Source of the DNA: Leptogorgia sarmentosa
Taxonomy: Eukaryota
Reading direction: 5' to 3'
DNA length: 64,000 nucleotides
Assembly: GCA_964658305.1 (NCBI GenBank)
Contig: OZ210885.1
Span: forward strand, 21,700,001 to 21,764,000
The notes beneath the pieces are model-generated. The model did not search any database, was not told the DNA's origin, and saw only the letters and a list, made by a program, of their open reading frames with translations. The position numbers were made by a program, and so were the translations under genes. This document shows, piece after piece, positions 12,548 through 24,421 of this stretch. How positions within the stretch are numbered: position 1 is the first letter of the stretch; every line of letters starts with the position of its first letter.

Positions 12548-15500
12548 CAAGGGCGCAACCAGGATTTTAGAAAGGTGGGTCGTTTTTATTGTAAAGCGGT
12601 CGAGCGCCGAAGGTGCGAGACATCTAGGGGGGTCCGGGGGCATGCCCCCCGGAAAATTTTGAAATCTAGAGTTCCTGAAATGAGAAATCTGAGAAATGCC
12701 ATTTCCAGCATTCTGGAGCAAGTTTTTACAGAATAATGAGGATTATAAAATATCATATAAAATGCACAAAAGACAACAAAGTAAACTTTGTTTAATAGAA
12801 ATTTCAACTACAACTGTACTGGTGTACTTTAAATATTTAGAAAGTTAAATGTTCAGAAAGTTAACAATATTAGCAAATTAGGATTTAGGAATATCAATCC
12901 ATTTCAGTTGACTTATTCATATATCAAATTGGGCACATTAACCCTCCTTGGACAGAGTGTCATGAATAGGCGCACAACTTTCTTGTAGTCAATCTTGAAA
13001 CCGTAGTTCACATTCATCAAGGCAAGTGAGGTGAGCCTTGTAGTGCTCATGCTTGCTCGCAGGTAGCTACGCAGCCTGCGGAGCATAAAAAGCTCCACTC
13101 ACACGAGATAACCGGGAAGGTGGCAACTAATTTCAGCAGCACAAAAAGATTTGGAAAGTTCTCTTGGTCACAAAGTTTGAGAGCTTTGGCAACAGAGTCA
13201 GGTCTTTGTTCAGGAGCTACTGCACACCACTTCCTCTTCCACATTCTAATCTCAATATCAACAACATTTTCATTGGGCAGGTCATCACAGTAAAGATTTA
13301 TAGCATCTTCAAAGACAGTTTTGTCAATGTTAATGTCACAAATGAGAGAAGGGACAAGAAACAACAGTTTTGTAGCTTTCTTTGTCAGTTTGCTGAAATT
13401 GGTTTCCATGTGTGAAATCAAATGGTCTACAAGAGGAATAGCCAACGATCTTCGATAGTATTCCTCTGGCGTCTTAGCTGGTTGGTTATCGTGATGCATC
13501 TGCCGTTTGGCTAGCCGAGGAATCTGTGGTTCTACTTCGCGTTTTGCAGCCAATCTCTCAGCCTGACTGTAGATTAATTTAAATTCAGTGTTAATGGTAT
13601 CCCTGACAGCTTTCAGATCAGTAATTGTTCTGATTATTTATTTATATTTGGGGAATTAATTAATAACTAACTGAGATTGACAGTAAAAAGTGTGCATGCA
13701 TGAGGTTTAAGATGACAATAACAGCAGTCAGGTTTGAAGTTGAATAATTCGCTAAGAAGTAAGTAAATTTCTGTTAAAATTGGGGATAATTGAGTATTAG
13801 ATGATAATTTGTATATATATTAAAAATTTAGATCGAATAAAAAACTATAAAACTATACGATTGGGGCGGATTGATGAATTGATCGGACCAGTAATGATTC
13901 ATCAATCTCTAAGTAAGCCTTGACAATGTCAATGGACCGACCCTGCAACTTGTTTGTGATACCGGCAAGTGGATGGAGAAGTCTGTAGAGAGCAACAGTA
14001 CCAATGATGAAGCCAAAATCAGTTACTGATTTCAGGAATGACGTTGCTTTGCCCTTGGTTTCTGCATCCCACCCAGTGGTAAACAAAGGATCGAATTCTT
14101 CCAAGTTGCCATATGAGCCATTGGTGACTTCAAAAGCTGTCACAATGAAGGGTATCGCTAAATAAAAATGTTCATATGAAATATCTCTCTGGCTCCAACG
14201 TGTTTTGCACATTGAAATTAGAACTTTCCGAGTATTGATATGATGGCAACTTTTCTGCACTATGTGCTCTAAAAGGCTCTCTGGCTTTGGTGCTGTGTTG
14301 AAGAAATTGATCAAGCTTTTGAATTCTGCAACAATGTTCTGTATGGTGGTTAGTTGACAACTCGAAGCCAGAACAAGATTGAGATTGTGGCTATTACAGT
14401 GCATAACAGGAGAACGTGGAGCAACTTTCAAAATTACAGATGCAACTCCCTTCTTTTCTGACTGCATATTGGCTGCTCCATCATAGCACTGGCCTCGCAG
14501 GTCACTAAGCTCAAGTCCTGCTTCTTGGTAAAACTTAATGATCGAGTTCCCTATTACTTCACCAGTGATCCGGTCAAGATCGATAAATTCTAAAAACTCT
14601 TCCCGAATGTTCTTCTCATCATCAACAAACCGAACACAAATGGAAAGTATTTCATTGTTAGACACTGTGACCTCATCAGCTTGTACTGCATGAAAGCCAG
14701 ATTTGTTGATTTCTTCAATGATCGATGCTTGGATAATCTTCTTTCCAATTATCTCGATAAGCTCGTTTTGACTTTTCCAATTTACGTATCGAGCGTTTTT
14801 TTGTAGGGGATTTTCCAAGTGTCCTTTTAGCAAAGGATTGTGTTCTGCAAATTCTTCCAGTAGTGCAATGAAATTTCCAGGATTCACATCGTTGTCAGCC
14901 AGGTCAATTCTATGACCTCTCAATGCAATGCCCTGTCTTCCACAAAAATGAACAGCCCTTGCAATATACTCTAAAATCTTGGCATATTTCTCATCTCGAT
15001 CCTTTTTAGTTTTGTCAACGATATTTGGAAGGGTTTGCTTGGGATTCTCAAATCTTGTTTTAAACATTTCTGCATCAAGAAATGCTTTCTGGTGGTATCT
15101 AGTTTCACAATGACGATCTTTTTTCTCTTTTATGTGGTGCCACTGCTTACAACCAACATTTACAAAAACGTTCATATTTGTATTCCTTTTGTCAGCAGGG
15201 ACAAATAAAGCACAAGTAATACAATACACAGAATCTTTGCTCTTACTATAAACAAAATTGCTGTCGAGATACGTTTTGCTGCATGACCTTCTACATCCAT
15301 GGAGTTGGCTTTTTGGAAATTGGAAGTTTTCTGGTGGTTGATAGTGATTTGTCAGAATGGTATACTTGTGCTCTGCTGTCATGTTTTTTAGAGTTTTGGT
15401 CAACGAACTCTCCTTTTTCAAAACTTGACCAATGTCAAAACATGATGATGAAATAGATTCATGTCCGTACAAATTCTGCTGGTGTTTACCAGTGTTAGGG

Positions 15501-16089
15501 TCATTGACAGTGTTTGTAACCTCCACAGTCACAGGTTCTACAGCCTCCACTAAATCAGCTTGGTTTACCTGGTCCTCTTCTATGTACTCAGTACATTCAG
15601 TCACGCTCAATGGCCTGTCATGAGTGACATCAGTGCTCCCTGACTCCTCCAACAGCTCTAAATCTAAGTTTACAAGTTCACTCGAACATTGAGATCCTTC
15701 CGAATCATCCACAAAGTTGCTTTTCTTGGTATTTGAATCAACTACGGATTCTTCATTAGCACCACGCTTGAAAAAGTTCCTTATATCCATAAATATCTGC
15801 GCTCGTATAGTCATATTTAAATTCGGTAAAAAAAAAATGGCTGTGCAACCAATCTCGTTCCCAGTGCCTTCGGGTCGTGCACGGGTTCAGTCCCCCGACA
15901 CTCCCTGATATTATACACAAGACAATACATGAAATTGAATTAAATGTAAGTAGAAAACAAGATCATGACATACTCTTTTACAAATTCTATAAATTTGGAG
16001 CTGTGACAAGTCAAAGGTGCCAAAAAGAGTAGAGCCAGAAGTATTACTTTTGACCTTCAAAATTCCGACCCCCCCTGGTTGCGCGCCTG
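12548..16089 (-). mobile_element. hAT DNA transposon (ZMYM1/THAP12-like transposase)
   Basis: TIRs CAAGGGCGCAACCAGG / CCTGGTTGCGCGCCTG; perfect 8-bp TSD GTTCCACA (12540-12547, 16090-16097). Confidence 0.93.
12913..15814 (-). pseudogene. hAT transposase (TTF-type Zn finger, DUF4371-like region, DDE, C-terminal dimerisation domain)
   Basis: YCITCALF, QGIALRGH, GNFIALL, QADEVT, GQCYDGAANM, HCNSHNLNL, CKTRW, FPNL...PVISCE, LRASM...RLTSLAL. An AT-rich insert (~13630-13890) and a frameshift disrupt it. Confidence 0.92.
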
Positions 16090-16985
16090 GTTCCACAAGT
16101 TCGTTTCCCATTCCCATCATGATTTTTATCCTACAAATATTACAGAATTTTCAATTATGCTGGGAGGTGCAAAATGTATGGTTATTATTATAAACTACTC
16201 GCCCCCCCCCAGAAATTCCTTGCTGGATCTACTACTATAATAATATATGCCTGTTGCAATGCACAGTGACGATTGCTCTCTAATTTAAAAAATTGATTGG
16301 CCTAGCAGGCCCACCTTAAAAGTGACAACTTACTTTCGATTTCTCGAAATGTGTTGAGCTATCATTCCTTCCAAAGGCTTTTCAAAAGCCTCTTCAAGAT
16401 AGATCCAATACCTCTTCTTCAGACCATAATTTATCAAACTCGAACAAAGTTTAGTTTTAGCTCCACCTCAAACAAGTCCATCGGATGGATGACGAAGCAG
16501 TACAACTTCGCGGGAAAATGTAGATTTTTGAGGTTTTGTCTTACTCTTAATATTGTTTGCTTTGCAAAAAGGATTACGCTTTCCCTGGTTTTTCGATTGT
16601 GTTCTTGTAGAGGGTGATGGGGTCCAATTTGTTCTCGGTTGAAATCGGGGAATATTTGGACTTTGTTGAAGTGATGCTCCTCGATTGAACAATGCCTGAA
16701 ATTCCTCACATGGTGTGCGGCCTGTGCGCAGTGTAGGCCTATTAGAATTAACATTCTGACTCGAACTTGCAATAAGTTCACCACTTGTGGTACTGGTGGC
16801 GTTTTCATTGTTGGATGTTGAGTTAACATTGTTTACGGCATCTTGAAATCTAGGATGTGAAACTACTTGCCTCACAAGGTTTTCCAAATTATTATCGTTC
16901 GTCGCCATTTTAAATTTGCATCTTGTTTTTTGTTTTGCTTGATACAATTATCGCAGGCTCATTTGCCGTAAAAAACTGTAATATC

Positions 16986-17701
16986 CACTGAGCTATATTA
17001 TTAATCTGGAGATCAGGCACTCCACTGAAAGCACTGAGATATAGTATTTCTTTAGCTCAGTGACTGAAAGGTGTCGCCAAAAACATGGCGGATTTTACGT
17101 CACACGTCCTCTATTCTCATGATGGTAATTACTGACCACAGTTGAAGTGTGTGCAGGCACCGTTTCCAATCCCCCCTGGATTTTACTGTACGATTTTATA
17201 TATAAATATATCTACCGCAGTGCTGTTTTGATGTTTTTTCAAAGAATTGAGATAAAGTATTAAAATTCCCTTACATCGTAAAAATATATTGTTGTATTTG
17301 TTGATGTACGTGCCTATAAATACCGAACGCGATTGATTAAAGAGGACAGGATCACATGAATGGACCAGTGTGACGACAGTTCTTTGTTGTCAAAGGAGTT
17401 GTGACATCTGTAAACATAGCAAAACGCGTTTTTGCAACGAAATTCAACGAAATATTGTTTTGAATTTAAAACTTTGATGTGATGTTCGCTGGTATTTTAG
17501 TATTTTATTTTCAGACAAGGGGTGAGAAAACTGCTCACTTTCGGCAATGTTATTTGGTCAGTGGTTAGTTTCCCGAAATAGGGGACTTACTACGTCATAA
17601 TGATGTAAATTTGGCTAAAATCTGCCATGTTTTTGGCGACACTATTTTGTACGGCAAGGTATTAGGACCTGATCTCCAGATATATTAAGTATAGCTCAGT
17701 G
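16986..17701. mobile_element. MITE with 8-bp TSD (P- or hAT-like)
   Basis: TIR CACTGAGCTATA...TCTGGAGATCAGG / CCTGATCTCCAGA...TATAGCTCAGTG; internal inverted GTGTCGCCAAAAACATGGC; flanks GTAATATC / ATAATATC. Confidence 0.85.
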
Positions 17702-18033
17702 ATAATATCCCACGGCAGATCCACCGTGACTCACTGTGGGATATTATAGTAGCCGTAAATATTTTCAATAGCCGTAAATATTTTCAATAGCCGTAATATG
17801 GCAAGCCGTTTCGGCCAAAAGGTGGTTGAGTTTAAAGATCTCTGTCGAGAAAGCAATTGTTGGTCGAGAAACACTTCCCGGTCGAGAATTCAGAAAAAGA
17901 AATCCCGGTCGAGAATTCAAAAAAAAATCCAAGCCAAGAATTCGGAGAGAAAAAAATTCCTGCCTTCGAAATTGTGCTTGCCAGTTCTTGAATTCAATGT
18001 ACGACACGCAATTTACGAAACTTTTATTTCAAA

Positions 18034-19451
18034 ATGTCGGCTCTCATCGATGATTTAGCAGCATTCTTCTCGTCTTTAAAAAGGTATGTAAACTTGACTA
18101 CCCGAGATTCGCAAGATCCCAATTTAAGAGAGCATTTGTGTTTGAAATTGGAGGATTATTTACGGATTGTACTTGTACTTACTTCGGTTATTCAGTCTAA
18201 AGCTGGTCACGAGGAACTTAAAAGTTTGCTTGATAGGTTAGTGTGGCAACTACGAGAACTATCTAGAGAAATCAACTCCGATCAGAAGTTGAGCAACATA
18301 TAGATCGACAAAACAATTTCAGGCTGAATCAGCAATGTGATACAGGAGGTAGGCCTAAATATGTAGTAACCAAAGAACAAATTGAGACATTGAGAGATAC
18401 TGGTATGAACTGGAAATCAGTTGCCCAAGTACTCGGAATCAGTGAAAGAACATTGTACAGGCGGCGTGAAGAATTTAACCTCGTAGATAAATTTTCTGAT
18501 ATAACTGATACTGATTTAAATAATACCATTACTAGCATACTCCGGCAAACTCCATTTGTCGGGGAAACGTATATGCGAGGAGGCCTGGTTTCTCGCAAAA
18601 TTTTCGTACCAAGGCGTAGCGTACGAGAATGTCTACATTCACTTGATCCCATTGGAAGAGCAATGAGAAGACGTTTCACTATCCAAAGGCGATCATACAA
18701 TGTTGCAGCCTTCCTTATTCAATGGAAGTTTGTTGTCCATGGTTGCATTGATGGTAATAACCGTGCGATAATTTACTTGAAATGTCGCACCAACAATCTA
18801 GCTGCTACTGCCCTTGAATTCTTTATTGGAGGAACTGAAAAATTTGGTGTGCTATTACGTGTTCGAACAGATCGTGGGGTAGAAAATGTCGACATTGCTA
18901 GGTATATGATTATAGCGAGAGGCACAGGTCGAGGAAGCATCATCACTGGAAATAGCGTACACAATCAAAGGATCAAATGATTGTGGTGGGAAGTTAACAG
19001 AGTGTTAGGAGCATTATACAAGGACTTGTTCATATTGATGGAAAACAACAACGTGTTAGATGTAGAAAATGAAGTCCATTTGTTGGCATCGGAAATTGTC
19101 TACGTACCAAGAATTAATGCTTCATTGAATGAATTCGAACAACAGTGGAACTACCATGGTGTTAGAACAGTTGGTCATCAATCACCTATGGCATTATGCT
19201 ATTCCAGAAGCATTCAAACCCAACAAGATGTTGCAATTAATGATTTAGCTTCATATGGTGTGGAGTATGATGGAGAAGTTTCAGATGTTGAAACAGATAA
19301 CAACGTAGTTGTTCCAGAATGCAACATTGTCCTGTCAGATGAGCAGTGGACAGTAATGAATAGGGTTATACCAGATCCCTTGGCAGACGATGGGAATTAT
19401 GGCATTAATTTGTATTCCAGCATGTTAGAGATCCTTGAACATATTTTATAG
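18034..19451 (+). pseudogene. Integrase-core (IS3EU-like) DDE transposase B
   Basis: [78 protein letters not shown]; stops and a deletion near the first catalytic Asp. Confidence 0.88.
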
Positions 19452-19749
19452 TTCATTCTATTTGTTGCATAGCATTCACTGGTGAGAGAAGTTAAGAAAC
19501 GTAAAATTCACTCATGTGCTTTAATTAAACAAAACTATAAATTTAATTTCAACTTGAAGCAATTCAGTTCCACAGTATAAAAAGTTACATACTAACTGAG
19601 AGAATGTTTTCTATATAACAATTAACAACTAGTTACTATATAGATACAAATTGTCCTACACATACAATTTGTAATCATGAAACAACATCCGAAATGCCTT
19701 AACTGGGTTTCAACGAAAAACACAACTTATAAATTATATATCATATGTA

Positions 19750-20711
19750 CTTTATACAATGTCAAATTCCCTGAACCTTTTTGTCTCAACACATTTGAGA
19801 ATTCTTCAGCAAGTTCATTGTAAGACTGGTAAGTGCTGGACAGTTCCAATAACGGTGTCCATGTATGAGCGATAGGCCTTCTAGCTTTACCATCTAACTG
19901 ATTAAACATAATAGCTATTTTCTCACATGCAATTACATTACTACCAGTAACAAAATGTAAGAAACAACCAATATTTGGTTCTATTGATCTTATATACCGT
20001 TTCAGATGGTCAAAACATGTTCTTTCAGCTTCACTGCTTGGGTGTGCATCTAGCATTTTAATAACTTTTTTCCCATTAGGTTTTTTTTCACCGAATAAAC
20101 TTACAATGTTATCAGGGGACTGTAGTGGTAGATAAGACTTCAGTATGGAAACTATTGGGGTCCATAAATCCACTTAAGGTTTGGAGGTAGACTAGGCGTG
20201 TGCAAGATATTGTGTACAGACACCAGTATTTCCATGTCGACACTATCGGGTAATTTATCGCCGAATGCTTCCCTAATGTGAAGTTCAACGTCATAGTCTT
20301 TCCACTGTTTTAGTAATTCAAATCCCGATATTATATGACCGCTTTCCATCATGTGAACTCTTGTACCTTGCCTAGGTACAATGTTCACATCAGGTCCTGC
20401 CAGAAGAATAAGATCTCGTATTAATGGGCCGCTAGGACATTTCTTCTTCTTTACCTGTCTGCGAGAAGTGAAACTGTTTAGGAACCTTTTATTGTAATTA
20501 AATGCGGGAGAATATCGCCTTTGCCTTCCAGCTAAAGTTGAGTTGTTCAACGGTGGTTGTGCACCAGAATGAGTACTTACAGTAGAAACAGAAGGGACAA
20601 TACTGGAACTAGAATTTCGTCCATTTGATTGATTCCCTGCTGAATGTTCGGCACTAGTTAGTCTACGATTTGGTTGCCTTCCACGATTGAATGCTCGCGA
20701 AACCTCTTCGT
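19750..20711 (-). pseudogene. HECT-type E3 ubiquitin ligase remnant (G2E3-like C-lobe), internally deleted
   Basis: FLHFVTGS...RRPIAHTWTPLLELSSTYQSYNELAEEF is a HECT C-lobe with the catalytic Cys position read as Trp. Upstream EEVSRAFNRG...IRDLILLAGPDVNIVPRQG...IREAF matches partner gene A. Confidence 0.75.
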
Positions 20712-21680
20712 TTACTGTTGAGTGTTGACACCTTTGACAATGTGAGCTAGGATATCTTTGTCTTTGTAGCCCCTCCCAATGAGGGCTACTCGTAGGTTTT
20801 GAGCTTTCTGTTGAAACTCTTTGTCATCAGTGATTATCCTCCTGAATCTTAACATTGGACTGTATATCAAACTTTTTTTACATTTTTTGGGGTGGTGTGA
20901 CCTGTAGTGCAGTAGTAGCATACGGTCTGTTGGTTTGATGTATAAGGTGGTGTGGAGTGTGTTTTGTGGGGTGATATATATCGTGGTGTAGAGGAAGTTC
21001 ACTGTTTTGGTGGAGTATGTGACTTCAAACTTAGTGTTGGGGTGAAATGAGTTTAGATGTTCAGTGAATGACTGGAATGTTTCCTCTCCATTTGTCCAGA
21101 CTAGAAATATATCGTCTATGAATCTTTTCCAGAGGAGCGGAGTGAGGTGGTTTGGTGCAGATGAAAGTAGAGATTGTTCAAGTGCCCCCATACATATATT
21201 TGCAAAGGAGGGTGCCATTTTGGTGCCCATCGCTGTGCCATGTTTCTGGAGGTATAGTTTATCCTTGAATGTGAAGTAATTTTCTTTCAGTATGTATTCA
21301 AGAAATTGATGTATGATTGGACGGAGTGGCCTGTTGGAAATTCAGCTTCTTTCTCAACAAATTCACACATAAACCTTTAATCTGAATCTCACGTCCCCAC
21401 CAAAACATGTTCTAAATCACGCCACTCTCTGTCACGTGTTGCATGCATAATTAAACATAAATTAAATTATCCTAATCTCGGACACACTCCCCCATGTATA
21501 TTATTTTCAAAAAATATACATGCTAAGTCTCGAGTTCGCGAATGTTCCAAACTTAACTTCAACTATACGTAAGAATATTTATGCCTCGAAAGGTTCATTA
21601 AAGTTCTAAACACTATAAAGTTTTACAGTACTGTTCGTTCAATCTTCATCTCTTACAATCTTCCGTATCCTTTCTTCCGC

Positions 21681-24114
21681 TTATGCTGCCGCCTTCCTTC
21701 TTGGCCTCGGATCAGGGTGGTATTCGGGGGCGTTCGGGTTTAGTGGATAGGTTTGTTGACGGTCGCAGGATAGCTCCAGGGGGAAAAGGTGCTGGATCGC
21801 TCTTTCTAACGTTCCCGTTCCGGTCTTCAGTACAGCTCCCCGTGTAACATTGTCTCTCCCCGTGATGAGTCGGCTCACCATAGCTAGCTTCCAACAATTC
21901 CTTGGCCGATTCTCGTCTTGTACGATTACTATTTCGCCGACCTTCGGATGCGTCGATCCCTCTGAACCAGTATTGCGATGCTGTCCACGAAGACTCTTTA
22001 CATACTCCCGGCTCCATCTGTTCCACATAGCTTCTTTGCACCTTCGCAGGAACTTTGCCCGCCTCTTCAAATCCTTATTTTCCATATGATAGGGTTCCAA
22101 CTCAGGTAGGCAGTTCAGGTTGATTTGAAGCATAGAGTTGGGTGTCAGAACTGGCTGTTGGATGTCATCTTCCAAATATGTGAGCGGACGGTTGTTTAAT
22201 GCTATTTCTATGTCCAGTACTACTTCCTCCAATTCCCCCCAGTTTAATGTCCCATTTCCAATTGACTTGTAGAAGGCTCTTTTGAATAATCCAATGAGCC
22301 TTTCAAATTGACCCCCCCCCCCACCAGGGGGCCCGACTCAAGTTAAATCGCCATTTGATCTCCAACTCCGCTAGATTGTCGTTGAACTTCTCGTCTTTCC
22401 TCACCGTCTGTAGCCACCTCGCCGCTGCCTCAAATGTCGTCCCATTGTCAGAGTAGACCAGTTCTGGCCTCCCTCTTCTTGCTATAAACTTCTTAAAACA
22501 CATGATAAAGTCGTCTGTTTCTAAAGACTTCACCAATTCCAAATGCACTGCACGCGTTAAACTACACGCAAACAGAGCGAGGTACGCTTTCTTCTCTTTA
22601 TTGCCATTGACTTGATACCTTATTGGGCCAGCAAAGTCCACGCCTAACACTTGAAAGGGTGCTGTCCCCTCCGTCCTTGTTCTTGGTAACTTTCCCGGCG
22701 GTGGTGCACTGAATGCCTTTGCTTGGAATCTTCTGCAGTCATGGCAATTAGATCTTACTTGTTTAGCCAGTCTGCGGAGTCTGGGAACCCAATGCCGCTC
22801 TCGCACTTTTGACATAGTCATACCAACGCCGCCATGTAAGGTTGAAATATGCGCTCGGTGGACTAATGACACTGTAAACGGGTGACTGTCAGGTAGGTAT
22901 GTTGGGAACTCTCCACTTATTCGTCCACGACATTCTAGAATCTCTTGATCGTTGGGTTGGAGGTTTAGATGAAGCTTATCAGCCTGAAACCGGGTGTCTT
23001 GCTGTGCCGACCGTTGAGCACGCTTTATCCACCATACTCTAACTCGTCCTATCTCTTCCGTCTCGATTGCACCAACTTTTCTCTCTTTAGGGGTGACTCT
23101 ACAGTTAGTAATGAACCGCTGAATCCAGTCTCCAATACGAAGGACTTTGTGAAGGTCATGTTTCATAAGCAACTGGTCGGACTCGTCTTCCTCGGTGGAA
23201 GTTACAGCTAGTACCTCCTGCTTCACTTTTTCCTCAGCTCTTGTTTCAGCTGTTGCTTCCAACATCACATCTACCGGCCATTGGGCGCGATCACTCAGCC
23301 AGGTTGGTCCTTCTTTCCATAGTTGGTCGTCTTTTACTGCTCCACCTCGACTTCCCAAGTCAGCTGGGTTCTGTGATGTAGGTACATGATGCCAGGTTAC
23401 ATGATCATGCTGCTGTATCTTGCCGACCCGGTTCGCCACAAACTGTCGATAACCGCCTCTGCCTTGGATCCAGTACAGTGCAACGGTCGAGTCCAGCCAG
23501 CAGTGGGTTGCTATCTGGTAATTGCTAAGAGCTGCTTCGACATTTGTTACAAGAGTTACAGCCATATGACCTGCTATCAGTTCTAGGCGCCGAATGGTAA
23601 GATTTCGTTTTGCTACACGTGATTTAGAACAGACAAGTCCCTTGGTTGTTTTATCTGCTTGATGGGTCACAGCATACATGACTGCGCTCACTCCCTGCGA
23701 GCTGGCATCTCCGAAACCGTGCAGTTCAATGTCCAACACAGGACTACGATAGGGTGTCAATGGTCGAGGCACTGTGAATTCCTTTGGTAATGCGCCTTTC
23801 CAATCTCTTCATCGCTTTAGGAGAGGTGGAGGCAATTCCGCGTCCCAAGATAATTTGGCGTTGCAAATGTCCCGAAAGAGTAGCTTTGCCGTCAATGTGG
23901 TTGGAGACACAAGACCCAAGGGATCATACACTTTTGCAATCTGGGATAGAACATCTCTCTTCGTTGTACCATCATCCACAACTTTAAGGTCTACGCTGAA
24001 GGTGTCCTTTTCTCTATCCCAAAGCAATCCTAATAACTTCCCTCCGATACAATCCCAACCTCCGAGCTGCTGTTTGGCATAAGTACTTCCGTCGTCAGAT
24101 TCCTGCGATGTTCC
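21681..24114 (-). pseudogene. pol: BEL/Pao pol C-terminal part (RNase H/peptidase A17 region, integrase, DUF5641-like)
   Basis: YDPLGL, LHGFGDAS, WLDSTVAL, VPTSQNPADLGSRG, H..H..C..C, GVDFAGP, SDNGTTF, APWWGG, WSREY, LERAIQHLFPLE. Confidence 0.92.
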
Positions 24115-24421
24115 CTGCCTCGTACCCAGGCGTCTCCGAATGGTTGATGTTACACTATCATTACCGAACGATTGATATTACATGAAGTACTGTAGCGCGC
24201 GAAGGGACTTATGGGAAGAATGCACATGAAATTGGAGACGCCTGGCAGATCTTGGTCGGTTTCTTGCAAATGTGGTCGGTTTCTTGCAAATTGAGTTTTT
24301 TTGTCGCGGAATTGCATTTTTCTCACGATATTTCGTTCGTTTTGTTTTGTTTGGTACGTTTTCTTTTGTTTTGTTCGTTTTCAAGCATCTCCCAAGTCCC
24401 ACGGGACTAGGGCATGCCAAT

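Larger units (their letters stand above)
12420..16908 (-). pseudogene. Partner gene of transposase A (N-terminal part homologous to HECT gene B), split by hAT insertion
   Basis: MATNDNNLENLVRQVVSHPRFQ...EEFQALFNRG...FSREVVLLRHPSDGLV. Removing hAT 12548-16089 restores IMMGMGNELVEPQLTQEQSLTGELISKIFTQRTVWLLP. No HECT lobe survives here. Confidence 0.6.
10276..17799. mobile_element. IS3EU-like DNA transposon copy A (transposase + convergent partner gene), with nested hAT and MITE; exact termini uncertain
   Basis: Five 19-bp AAATATTTACGGCTACTGA repeats at 10373-10464 are mirrored by three inverted copies (TAGCCGTAAATATTTTCAA) at 17747-17799, bracketing two convergent genes. Left end guessed at TATGAGGCACC (10276). 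Confidence 0.6.
17797..20711. mobile_element. IS3EU-like DNA transposon copy B (transposase + convergent HECT gene), cut by Penelope insertion
   Basis: Starts TATGGCAAGCCGTTTCGGCC followed by ~27-bp CCCGGTCGAGAATTC repeats; two convergent genes. Confidence 0.65.

Noticed and set aside
13630..13890. AT-rich interruption of the hAT transposase as an intron
   Set aside because: No suitable GT donor at the junction; flanked by a CAGTAAT direct repeat, so more likely an unclassified insertion.
15851..15864. AATCTCGTTCCCAG resembling the Academ terminus (similar motif at ~4086)
   Set aside because: Short single motif with no partner TIR or TSD.
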